Position numbers and translations under genes: made by a program
The notes under the pieces: model-generated
The model's input: only the letters and a program-made list of their open reading frames with translations
Database searches by the model: none
What the model was told of the DNA's origin: nothing
Shown here: positions 39,304 through 48,081 of the stretch, piece after piece
Layout: the number at the start of each line of letters is the position of its first letter
Position numbering within the stretch: the stretch's first letter is position 1
NCBI GenBank assembly: GCA_963718615.1
Contig: OY970368.1
Location: forward strand, 4,768,001-4,832,000
Source of the DNA: an uncultured cyanobacterium
Lineage (GTDB): Bacteria; Cyanobacteriota; Cyanobacteriia; PCC-9006; JAAUQQ01
Length of the DNA stretch: 64,000 nucleotides
Direction: 5' to 3'

Positions 39304-41478
39304 CTATTTGATAAACAACATCTCCTGATAGGTCGGCAGCGGCCAGAACTCATCGGCAACTTCACCTTCGAGCGCATCCGCAGACTCGCGCACTTCGTCC
39401 ATCAGCGGACGAATGGTTTTGGCAAAGTACTGCATGTGGTCGGCCAAAGATTCAAAGTCGTGCTGTTCTAGGGCCGAGCCCAGTTGGGTGACCGAGCCCA
39501 GCAAGCTTTGGCTTAAACCCGCGATGGTTTGGGCCGGGCTGGCATCGAGCTCGACTCCGATGTCCTTCAGGCTGCCGATGGTGCCCGAGAGATCCCCCAA
39601 ATACTTGATGGCGGCGGGGTAGATCAGGGTTTTGGCCATGCTGATCACTAGCTTGGCTTCGACTTCGATCGCCAAGAGATACTGCTCCGAGTAAACCTCG
39701 TAGCGGCTATGCAATTCTTTGGGGGAGAGCACGCCGGTTTTGTTGAACAGATCCTCGACAAACTCTGCCTGAAGATAGGGCAGCGCATCAGCCGTTGTGG
39801 GTAGATTGAGCAGACCGCGTTCTTCAACGGCCATGCGGTGCCATTCTTCGGAGTAACCATTGCCCCCAAAAATGACCGCACCATGGTCATTCATGACCTC
39901 TTTGAGAATGCTCAACGTTGCGGTGCTCAGATCAGCTCCGCTGCCCAGCTCCGCTTCTAGCCGATTGCCGATCCATTCCAGCGAATCCGCCAGCATGGTG
40001 TTGAGTACGACCAGGGGACCAGAGACGGATTGGCCAGAGCCGACGGCTCGGAACTCGAAGCGGTTGCCTGTAAAGGCGAAGGGGGAAGTGCGGTTGCGAT
40101 CGCCCGCATCCTGATCCAGCATAGGCAGCGTAGGGACGCCCAGGTTCATGATGCCCTTCGCTTTTGAGGTGGTGAGGCTACCGTTTTTGATTTGCTCAAA
40201 AACATCCTCAAGCTGCGACCCCAAATAAACCGACATAATCGCCGGGGGAGCTTCGTTGGCTCCGAGACGGTGGTCGTTGCTGGCCGTGGCGATCGCCGCC
40301 CGCATCAACGGACCATATTTATGAACCCCCCGAATCACGGCTCCACAGAACAGCAGAAACTGCATGTTTTCGTGGGGTGTATCGCCGGGGTCGAGCAGAT
40401 TGCCCTGGGTAGGATTCCCAATCGACCAGTTGACGTGTTTGCCAGAACCGTTGATACCTGCAAAGGGTTTTTCATGGAGCAGGCAGACCAGACCATGCTG
40501 GATTGCGGTTTTTCGCAGGACCGTCATCAGCAACTGCTGGTGGTCGCTGGCAACGTTGGCCGCTTCAAAAATCGGCGCAATTTCAAATTGTCCGGGGGCA
40601 ACCTCGTTGTGCTTGGTTTTTGCCGGAATACCGAGACGATAAAGCTTTTCTTCCACATCGTGCATAAACACCTGCACGCGCTCGGGAATCACCCCAAAAT
40701 AGTGGTCATCAAACTGTTGTCCCTTGGCCGGAGCCTTACCAAACAGCGTTCTCCCCGCTAACAGCAGATCTGGACGGCTATTGGCAAAGTTGGCATCAAT
40801 CAAGAAATATTCTTGTTCCGCGCCACAGCTAGAGTTGACCGGCGCAATTTCGCTATGGCCCAGGAGTTTCAGAACCTTTTGAGCCGCCTTATTCATGGCG
40901 TCGATGGACCGCAGCAGGGGCACTTTCTTGTCAAGCGCCTCACCTGTCCAAGAAATAAACACCGTCGGGATACAGAGCGTCATGCCATTGCCCGTATCCA
41001 TGACATAAACCGGGCTGGTGGGATCCCAGGCGGTATAGCCTCTAGCCTCGAAGGTGCCCCGAATGCCGCCGTTCGGGAAAGAAGAACCGTCCGGCTCCCC
41101 CTGCACTAAAAGCTTGCCCGAAAGTTCGGAAATAACTGTGCCGTCCCCTTGAACCGAAATGAAGCCATCATGCTTTTCCGCAGTGGCATTGGTCATGGGA
41201 TAAAAAACGTGGGCGTAGAACTTAGCCCCCTTGGACATGGCCCAGTCCTTCATCGCAGCGGCGACGGTATCCGCGATAGAGGCGTCTAAAGGCTCGCCCG
41301 CTTGGATGGTTTTTTTGACCGACTTAAAGACGGCTTTCGGGAGTCTTTCCTGCATTTTGCTCAGGTCAAAGACATCCGTGGCCCATAGCTGTTCCAAGGC
41401 TTTGGGGGGCTGGGTCGGCATCGGGGAACGATTCACGATCTCGTAAATCGCCTGTAAACGCGATTCATTTCCACTCAT
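39304..41478 (-). CDS. glnN: Glutamine synthetase type III
   Basis: 724 aa; TAEKHD, GEPDGSSFPNGG, HNEVAPGQFE, HEKPFAGINGSGKHVNWS, RLGANEAPP, DRNRTSPFAFTGNRFEFR, WPLPTY. Confidence 0.97.
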   Translation of the reverse strand: MSGNESRLQAIYEIVNRSPMPTQPPKALEQLWATDVFDLSKMQERLPKAVFKSVKKTIQAGEPLDASIADTVAAAMKDWAMSKGAKFYAHVFYPMTNATAEKHDGFISVQGDGTVISELSGKLLVQGEPDGSSFPNGGIRGTFEARGYTAWDPTSPVYVMDTGNGMTLCIPTVFISWTGEALDKKVPLLRSIDAMNKAAQKVLKLLGHSEIAPVNSSCGAEQEYFLIDANFANSRPDLLLAGRTLFGKAPAKGQQFDDHYFGVIPERVQVFMHDVEEKLYRLGIPAKTKHNEVAPGQFEIAPIFEAANVASDHQQLLMTVLRKTAIQHGLVCLLHEKPFAGINGSGKHVNWSIGNPTQGNLLDPGDTPHENMQFLLFCGAVIRGVHKYGPLMRAAIATASNDHRLGANEAPPAIMSVYLGSQLEDVFEQIKNGSLTTSKAKGIMNLGVPTLPMLDQDAGDRNRTSPFAFTGNRFEFRAVGSGQSVSGPLVVLNTMLADSLEWIGNRLEAELGSGADLSTATLSILKEVMNDHGAVIFGGNGYSEEWHRMAVEERGLLNLPTTADALPYLQAEFVEDLFNKTGVLSPKELHSRYEVYSEQYLLAIEVEAKLVISMAKTLIYPAAIKYLGDLSGTIGSLKDIGVELDASPAQTIAGLSQSLLGSVTQLGSALEQHDFESLADHMQYFAKTIRPLMDEVRESADALEGEVADEFWPLPTYQEMLFIK

Positions 41479-42095
41479 CTCGGTATTTCCTCTAGGGACA
41501 CGGGTTTTCGGATAATAAGGGATAGGGAATTTCTAAAACTGTGAGAAAAGAGGCAGAATTCTAAGCCGCCAAGCCCTTCTAAGTAGCCTAAAAAACGTAC
41601 AGAGAAGATTCATGTAGGATATATGGCTTGTGTTTTTGGGGATCCCGCCATCTCGCCAATCCCCGATTAGGCTTGTGCTATAAGGCATTAAGTTTAGTGA
41701 AGCGTAGCGACCTTACCCGTTGCACGAAACCGAAGTTGGATCCAGTTTTCCGTATCAGAAATTAGACAACCATGCTGAAAAGCCAGCAATTTTGCGGAGA
41801 ACCGGCCCGGTCTCAATTCCCGGTTTCAATCCCCGGTCTCAAATTTCAGGAGCAGCCAGGAGTCGCCGAGAAGCCAGACTTATACTGGGGCATTGAAACG
41901 TTTTATTGAAACAAATATTAAGTTTGGTGAAGGCGATCGCGATTTAAGCCTGTAAGTCAGTGGCCAAGAGGATTGACGTGACCCCGTGCATGGTAAGGTT
42001 TGAGGCAGGTTTAGTATTTAGAACTTAGCGACTTTAGCTGCTCTCATCGGAGCCAAAGTTCCTTTCATAAAAAGCTGTTTGGGAGAGAAAGTTTC

Positions 42096-42605
42096 ATGCG
42101 GGATGCGGTAACCGGCCTCATTGGAACCTATGACTTGACGGGACGCTATCTAGATCGGGACGCCATCGATAGCCTGAAATCCTATTTCGAAGAAGGGTCG
42201 GCTCGCGTTCAGGTGGCGGCCATGATTAATGCCAACGCGGCAACCCTCGTCAAGCAGGCCAGTGCTCAATTGTTTGAAGAAGTGCCTGAGCTACTGCGGG
42301 CGGGCGGCAATGCCTATACCACCCGTCGTTTCTCAGCCTGTCTGCGCGACTTGGATTACTATCTGCGCTATGCCAGCTACGCCTTGGTAGCGGGCAACAA
42401 TACCGTCCTAGATGAGCGTGTGCTTCAGGGTCTGCGCGAAACCTATAATTCCTTGGGTGTTCCCATTAGTCCGACGGTGCGTGGCATGCAGATTATGTGT
42501 GCCAACATCAAGGCCATGGCCAAGGAAGCAGGCATTAGCAACACTGACTTTATTGATAGCCCCTTTGAGCATATGGCGCGAGACTTTAGCGAAGTTAGCA
42601 TCTAA
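42096..42605 (+). CDS. apcF: Allophycocyanin beta-18 subunit
   Basis: MRDAVTGLI...GGNAYTTRRFSACLRDLDYYLRYASYAL; 169 aa. Confidence 0.95.
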   Translation: MRDAVTGLIGTYDLTGRYLDRDAIDSLKSYFEEGSARVQVAAMINANAATLVKQASAQLFEEVPELLRAGGNAYTTRRFSACLRDLDYYLRYASYALVAGNNTVLDERVLQGLRETYNSLGVPISPTVRGMQIMCANIKAMAKEAGISNTDFIDSPFEHMARDFSEVSI

Positions 42606-42751
42606 TCAGCCCCCAAAGGGTCTGTGAGCAGAGGGCTGACGAGCCCAGTTCGCTAAGGTATAGACTCCGAATTCGAACCCAAAGGGAGCTGCACTTTGAG
42701 TTGCCTTTGAGCTGTTTTTATAAATCTACTGTTTTTGTTTGAGAGAAAGCG

Positions 42752-42940
42752 ATGACGATTCTGTTTCAGTTACTCCTCACCATCCTGGTGTTGTTTTCCT
42801 TCGTAATGGTCGTCGGCGTCCCTGTCGGCTATGCGTCTGGTTTCGATTGGGGTCGCTCTAAGCAGCTGATTTTTTTGGGTTCGATCGTTTGGGCGGCGCT
42901 TGTGGTTCTTGTGGGTATCCTGAATTATTTCGTTGTCTAG
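42752..42940 (+). CDS. psbZ: Photosystem II protein Z
   Basis: 62 aa, two TMs; FQL...[14 protein letters not shown]...W..SK. Confidence 0.95.
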   Translation: MTILFQLLLTILVLFSFVMVVGVPVGYASGFDWGRSKQLIFLGSIVWAALVVLVGILNYFVV

Positions 42941-43079
42941 GGTCTTAACGATTCTGTAACCGTGCTGAATCGGTCTAGGATTGAAATTAGGATTGAAATC
43001 AGGAATGGGAGTGCAGACCCTGCGCTCCCATTTCTATTGCGCAGTAATTTATTGTAGTCATTGAGGACAAGGAAGCATC

Positions 43080-43568
43080 ATGGCGGTTTTTGAAGGAAGT
43101 TTTACCCAAACCCAAGATTTTCGGTTTGCGATCGTGATTGGTCGATTTAATGACCTCGTGACTGAAAAACTCTTGGCAGGCTGTCAGGATTGTCTCAAAC
43201 GCCATGGCATTGATCCCGATCCCCAGGGAACCCAGGTTGACTATGCTTGGGTGCCGGGGTGTTTTGAAATTCCGTTGGCGGCTCGCCAGTTGGCCCAGAG
43301 CGATCGCTACCATGCCATCATTTGTCTAGGAGCCGTTATTCGAGGCCAAACTCCTCACTTTGACTACGTTTCCGCAGAGGTTACTAAAGGCATTGCCAGC
43401 ACGAGTCTGCAAACCGGCGTGCCGGTGATTATGGGGGTTCTGACGGTGGATACGATGCAGCAGGCCCTGGAACGGGCCGGGATTAAGAGCAATTTGGGCT
43501 GGAGCTATGCCATGAATGCGATCGAAATGGCCAGCCTGATGGGGCAGTTGCCGAGCCTTGCAAAATAA
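43080..43568 (+). CDS. ribH: 6,7-dimethyl-8-ribityllumazine synthase
   Basis: [28 protein letters not shown] and QALERAG motifs. Confidence 0.97.
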   Translation: MAVFEGSFTQTQDFRFAIVIGRFNDLVTEKLLAGCQDCLKRHGIDPDPQGTQVDYAWVPGCFEIPLAARQLAQSDRYHAIICLGAVIRGQTPHFDYVSAEVTKGIASTSLQTGVPVIMGVLTVDTMQQALERAGIKSNLGWSYAMNAIEMASLMGQLPSLAK

Positions 43569-43647
43569 ATCATTGCAAAATAATTTTGAAGAGTAGTTGA
43601 CATTTGTTGCGGAACTTGCGATTCTAGTATTCGTGCAAAGCACGTCT

Positions 43648-43719
43648 GCGGGTATAGCTCAGCGGTAGAGCGTCACCTTGCCAAGGTGAATGTCGCGCGT
43701 TCGAATCGCGTTACCCGCT
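43648..43719 (+). tRNA. tRNA-Gly (GCC)
   Basis: GCGGGTA/TACCCGC acceptor stem, D arm AGCTCAGCGGTAGAGC, anticodon arm CACCT-TGCCA-AGGTG, T loop GTTCGAATC; no encoded CCA. Confidence 0.97.
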
Positions 43720-43828
43720 TTTAATCTTCACCCAACCTCCTGGTAAAATTTCCCTAAAAAGGTCGATTTTCCTAAGGATTCCGTAGTACTAATTAAAGTA
43801 GTGTCAAGTCCGTTGCCAGGAGCGACCT

Positions 43829-44230
43829 GTGCAGTCCCATAAAGCTCACAAGATCGATCTGTCTCAGGATTATCCCTGCCCCTGTCGTTGTCGGGGTCGT
43901 CTGTCTCCGATTGCCCTGACAGAAGCCTTTGGCTGCGTACGTTGTCAGCAAATTTTTGTGTTGAGCGAAGGGGGGCATGTGCTCGAAAAGCTGGTCACCC
44001 ACTATCCCTACAAGCAGGCTTGGCGATGGACGGGAACGCAATGGTATCGGGCTCACAGCGGCTGGCGAACCAGCTTTTTGCCGGCGGCTTTGATTACCAT
44101 TGGGATTTTGCTGTGCGTTTGGTTGCCTTTGGTGCGTTCCATGGGCGGCCAAGCCTTGGTTTGGGTGGCTGTTGCGCTATTGTTAGCTGTTTTGCCAGCC
44201 TTTTTGATGTGGTTGGCCTATCGCCGCTAG
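43829..44230 (+). CDS. Conserved hypothetical membrane protein with a Cys-rich (zinc-ribbon-like) N-terminus
   Basis: YPCPC...LTEAFGCVRCQQIF followed by two TMs. Confidence 0.8.
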   Translation: MQSHKAHKIDLSQDYPCPCRCRGRLSPIALTEAFGCVRCQQIFVLSEGGHVLEKLVTHYPYKQAWRWTGTQWYRAHSGWRTSFLPAALITIGILLCVWLPLVRSMGGQALVWVAVALLLAVLPAFLMWLAYRR

Positions 44231-44242
44231 CGGGATAAATTC

Positions 44243-45502
44243 ATGAGTGATGTAGAGAATTTCCCAGAGGCGGAAGCTTTGCCCGTCTGGGTGGGGCGGG
44301 CGGTGGAGGCGGCTCAAACGCTTCAGACTCTGAGTGGGGGACAACGGAGTAAGGCCCTGGGTGCTTTGGCGGTTGCCCTAGAGGCGGCTCAGGACGAAAT
44401 TTTAGAGGCGAATACGCTGGATTTGGAAGCGAGCCAGGAAATGGCGGTGCCGGATTTGGTGCAGGAATGGCTGAAACTGACACCAGAACGGCTACAGGAG
44501 GCAGTATCGATTTTACGGGCCTTGTCGCGTTTGGCGGATCCGCTGCAGCAGGCGGTGTTGCCCACGGCCCAGCCGTCCCTGGGGCAGGGCTATGGACAGC
44601 GACATCCGTTGGGTGTTGTTGCGATGATTTCTGAGGCTTTTCCAGGGTTGGGGGCGATCGCCACCGGGTTCTGTCTACGCACTGGCAATAGCCTGCTATT
44701 GCGCGGGGGAAGCGAATCCAGTCATTCCAATCAGGCCATTTATACAGTGTTGCAACAAACCTTGGAAGAGATCGGTTTCCCCAAGGACAGTCTCCTGTTG
44801 TTGCCCACAGAGCAGGGCAGTTCGCTGCGAGAGCTTTTGGGACAGCGATCGATTGATCTGATTATTCCCTATGGTCGAGCCAGTCTCGTCCAGCAGGTTG
44901 CCCAACAGGCGGCTGTGCCGGTTTTGCCAACGCGAATTGGTAATTGCTATTTATATTGGTCGAGTTCGGCTGGGTTAGAAACGGTACGCAGCATGATCCA
45001 AGAGAGTCATCGGGGTGAGCCGGAGCGGGTGAATGGTATTGAAAAAATTTTGATCCAGACCGCTGTGAGCAAAACTGCCATCGAACGATTGTTGCAAGCG
45101 CTGCAAGATCAAGAGTTTGATCTGCGGGGGGATGCGGCTTTAGTGGCGGAGTTTCCCCAGCTTAAACCAACGGAGGCAGAGGAATGGCGACAGCCCTATC
45201 AGCGTCTCCCTCGGGTGATTGCCCTGCGGTGGGTGGAGGATGTTTCAGCGGCGATCGCCTGGATTAACGAGCACAGCAGCGGGCATGCGGACTGTATTGC
45301 CACCGCCGCCTATAGCGAAAGCCGCCAGTTTGCCCAAGGGATCCGCAGCGCGACCACCTATGTCAATGCGTCGCCTCGGTTTGAGCGGTTGCCAGGGCTT
45401 TCCCAGGCGATCGCCCTCGGCATGTCCAATCAAGCGGGTCCCCAGGCGGGGCGTATTGGCCTAGACACTTTTACGCGAATATCGCAGATTATTCTGGGCT
45501 AA
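44243..45502 (+). CDS. Glutamate-5-semialdehyde dehydrogenase-like protein (divergent ProA paralogue)
   Basis: ILEANTLDL, PLGVV, TGNSLLLRGGSE, DLIIPYG, SSGHAD and YVNASPRF; the usual catalytic CNA motif reads VNG. Confidence 0.85.
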   Translation: MSDVENFPEAEALPVWVGRAVEAAQTLQTLSGGQRSKALGALAVALEAAQDEILEANTLDLEASQEMAVPDLVQEWLKLTPERLQEAVSILRALSRLADPLQQAVLPTAQPSLGQGYGQRHPLGVVAMISEAFPGLGAIATGFCLRTGNSLLLRGGSESSHSNQAIYTVLQQTLEEIGFPKDSLLLLPTEQGSSLRELLGQRSIDLIIPYGRASLVQQVAQQAAVPVLPTRIGNCYLYWSSSAGLETVRSMIQESHRGEPERVNGIEKILIQTAVSKTAIERLLQALQDQEFDLRGDAALVAEFPQLKPTEAEEWRQPYQRLPRVIALRWVEDVSAAIAWINEHSSGHADCIATAAYSESRQFAQGIRSATTYVNASPRFERLPGLSQAIALGMSNQAGPQAGRIGLDTFTRISQIILG

Positions 45503-45534
45503 GCGATCGTTCGTCCAATCATTGGGGACCAAGC

Positions 45535-46560
45535 ATGGGGATCGATGTTGTGAGTGAACTCTGGCTGCTATTCGGCTTGGGGCTGGGTCTTGGGCTGGGT
45601 CTTGGCCTAGGACTGGGGCTGGGGCGTTGGAGTCGACGTGGGCCGCGACGGGAAGAATCGGTTCCCTCGGCGTCAACATCGGTTTTACCCTATCCCCTGG
45701 CCTATTACCGGCTGTTGGAAATGGCTCAGTTTAAGGGCGGATTTTTGGCTCGGACGGCCCATGAATTGCGATCGCCCCTCAGCAGTCTCCTCGGCCTCCA
45801 CCAGCTCATCCTCTCGGATCTGTGCGATAGCCCAGAAGAGGAGCGGGACTGTGTGGCCCAAGCCTACGAAGCCGCCCAAAATTTCTATCAGCTCCTGGAA
45901 ACCCTGATCCGGGTGGCCAAAATTGAGCAGGGAGGGCAACGCCTCAGCCTAGAACCCATTGAGGTGGACATGCTGCTAGAAGAAGTGGCGCTCATTGTTT
46001 CTCTCCCCTTGGCCGATCGCAATGTTCGGCTGAAATTGCCTCCGCTCCACTCCGATCTCAAAAGTTTGGAGCTAGAAGCGGATTATCTCTGTCTTCAGCA
46101 AATTCTGAGTCAGCTTTTGCTCCAAGCTATGGAACAGAAAGCGACCGATATAGAAATCACGATTCTCCAAGCAACCCCGGCGCAGGGGGCAGAAATTGGC
46201 TTGGCGATCGCCGACAACCGACCTTTTCTTCCTTGGCAAGAAACCCTAGAAAGCTGGACGCTTCTACAATCTCCAACCCAGCCTGCGTTTCAGAACTTAC
46301 TCAATGACGCCAAGTCCGGTGGGACCAAGACTGGTGGAGCCGAACCCAACAGGATCGAGTCTGATGCGACTGATCCCAAGGCCGTCCAGTCCTTGATTCA
46401 GTCTTGGCAACCGGCTCAGCTCTCACCTGGCTTAACACTGTTGATTCAGCAGGCGCTGCTGGAGCAAATGGGGGGACGACTAGAACTGCTCCAGGCCCCC
46501 ACTGCCGAGGCTGTCGATCCGATTACCCAACTCTGCTGCTGGCTTCCTCATAGGATCTAA
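45535..46560 (+). CDS. Membrane-anchored histidine kinase-like protein with a degenerate ATPase domain
   Basis: FLARTAHELRSPL H box; N, G1 and G2 boxes are degenerate. Confidence 0.8.
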   Translation: MGIDVVSELWLLFGLGLGLGLGLGLGLGLGRWSRRGPRREESVPSASTSVLPYPLAYYRLLEMAQFKGGFLARTAHELRSPLSSLLGLHQLILSDLCDSPEEERDCVAQAYEAAQNFYQLLETLIRVAKIEQGGQRLSLEPIEVDMLLEEVALIVSLPLADRNVRLKLPPLHSDLKSLELEADYLCLQQILSQLLLQAMEQKATDIEITILQATPAQGAEIGLAIADNRPFLPWQETLESWTLLQSPTQPAFQNLLNDAKSGGTKTGGAEPNRIESDATDPKAVQSLIQSWQPAQLSPGLTLLIQQALLEQMGGRLELLQAPTAEAVDPITQLCCWLPHRI

Positions 46561-47071
46561 CGCTGCGATCCTCCAACACGGACTGGTGGTGGGGAATTTC
46601 CTTCAGCAGGTCCAAGGGCTGATTATGCAAAACCATTGTGGTGCTGGAATTTCGCTCAAACCCGATGCGCTCATAAAATTTTTCTTGATAGGTCGTCATC
46701 AGATAAATCCGCTCCACCCGACTGAGATGGGGATGGCTGAGCAACGACACCACGAGCTTGCGGCCCAACCCATTGCCTTGATAATCGGGATGAATCACCA
46801 CATCCCAAATGGTTGCCCGGTAAACGCCATCGGAGGTCGCGCGGGCAAAGCCGACGAGGCGATCGCCCTCCCAAGCCACACAAATCGGTTTGCTATTGTC
46901 TAGAGCGACTTGTAAATCTTCAAGGCTGCGGTTCTGTGCCCAAAAAGCCGCTCGTTGGAAGAGATCCTGGAGGTCGAGGAGAGAGAGCGATCGCTGCATC
47001 TCAACACCCGTTTGAGGATGGGGGTGGGGATAGACACAAAACTGAATCAATGAGTTTTCAGAATTTTTCAT
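46523..47071 (-). CDS. GNAT-family N-acetyltransferase
   Basis: LVGFARATSDG, WDVVIHPDYQGNGLG and FYERIGF motifs. Confidence 0.92.
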   Translation of the reverse strand: MKNSENSLIQFCVYPHPHPQTGVEMQRSLSLLDLQDLFQRAAFWAQNRSLEDLQVALDNSKPICVAWEGDRLVGFARATSDGVYRATIWDVVIHPDYQGNGLGRKLVVSLLSHPHLSRVERIYLMTTYQEKFYERIGFERNSSTTMVLHNQPLDLLKEIPHHQSVLEDRSVRSYEEASSRVG

Positions 47072-47363
47072 ACAAGGGCAATTCCAAGCCTAGGCCGGTG
47101 ATAGAGTGCCAAGGGTGCTACCGTGAGGCGATAGTTAATCCAGTAACCCGTCAATTCAGTAACCAGCAGCCACTTGAGATTTATCGGGAGCGGGGATTAG
47201 GCTGCCTAATTTATAACGTTTTTTTCACAAAAGCTCGCGATGCGCTGCAACGGAGCGCACGGTTTGTCAGGTTATCCTCAATTTACGAGAACCGATTGGC
47301 CGGTAACGATTGACTGGCAACGATGTCTCTAGGATCAAATGGGTATTCACTGAAGGCTTGATT

Positions 47364-47945
47364 ATGGCTAGATTTGCGCCCTTCCGTCTGCGTGGTTTTA
47401 TACGCTGGCGACGTTGGTTCCTTCTGGGGGTATTGGCCTGGATGGGGCTCGGTTTGGGTTGGGGGTGGAGCGTTGGCTTATCCCAGGGACCTCAGGGCGG
47501 GGGGGATTCGGGTTGGGCGATCGCCCAACCCCCTCCAGATCCCTACACCACCGTTGATTTTGTCCCCCAGCGCTACCAGCTAGGCCAGACGCTCTATCGA
47601 CAAAACTGCGCCACCTGTCATATTGGCGTTCCCCCCCAAGTCCTACCCTCAGAAGCCTGGCGCAATCTCATTCAAGATTCTAGCCACTATGGCGTCACGA
47701 TCACGCCGCCCCAAGGCCCTGCACAGGGTTTGATTTGGGCCTACCTCCGCACCTTTTCACGACTTAAATCTATCCAAGAAGAGCGCACCCCCTACCGGCT
47801 ACAACAGGCTCGCGCCTTCAAAGCCCTTCATCCCCAAGTCGAGCTTCCACGTCCCCTGGGCCTGGAAAGTTGCGCCACCTGCCATCCCGCCGCCGCCCAA
47901 TTCAACTTCCGCCAACTCACGCCCCCTTGGCTAGAGGCCCCCTAA
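47364..47945 (+). CDS. Diheme cytochrome c family protein
   Basis: Signal/TM segment and two CATCH heme-binding motifs; LPSEAW. Confidence 0.88.
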   Translation: MARFAPFRLRGFIRWRRWFLLGVLAWMGLGLGWGWSVGLSQGPQGGGDSGWAIAQPPPDPYTTVDFVPQRYQLGQTLYRQNCATCHIGVPPQVLPSEAWRNLIQDSSHYGVTITPPQGPAQGLIWAYLRTFSRLKSIQEERTPYRLQQARAFKALHPQVELPRPLGLESCATCHPAAAQFNFRQLTPPWLEAP

Positions 47946-48081
47946 ATCTTTGATGCGTAATCGGCTGGAGATCGGCTGGCGAGAGGTCGGTTATACCCAC
48001 CCATCCGCACCCGCAGCCGGGATTCTCGGGTGATAGGATAGGCATGAAATAAACTCCCGGTCTAGTATCTCCGCTGAAATT

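Noticed and set aside
41583-41596. NtcA site for glnN (GTA-GCCTAAAA-AAC)
   Set aside because: One half-site mismatches and the spacing to the nearest TAGAAT is 19 nt rather than 22; too weak to call.
43648-44230. Genomic island integrated at tRNA-Gly
   Set aside because: No integrase, no duplicated tRNA 3' end seen, and the downstream genes are ordinary cyanobacterial genes with HIP1 sites.
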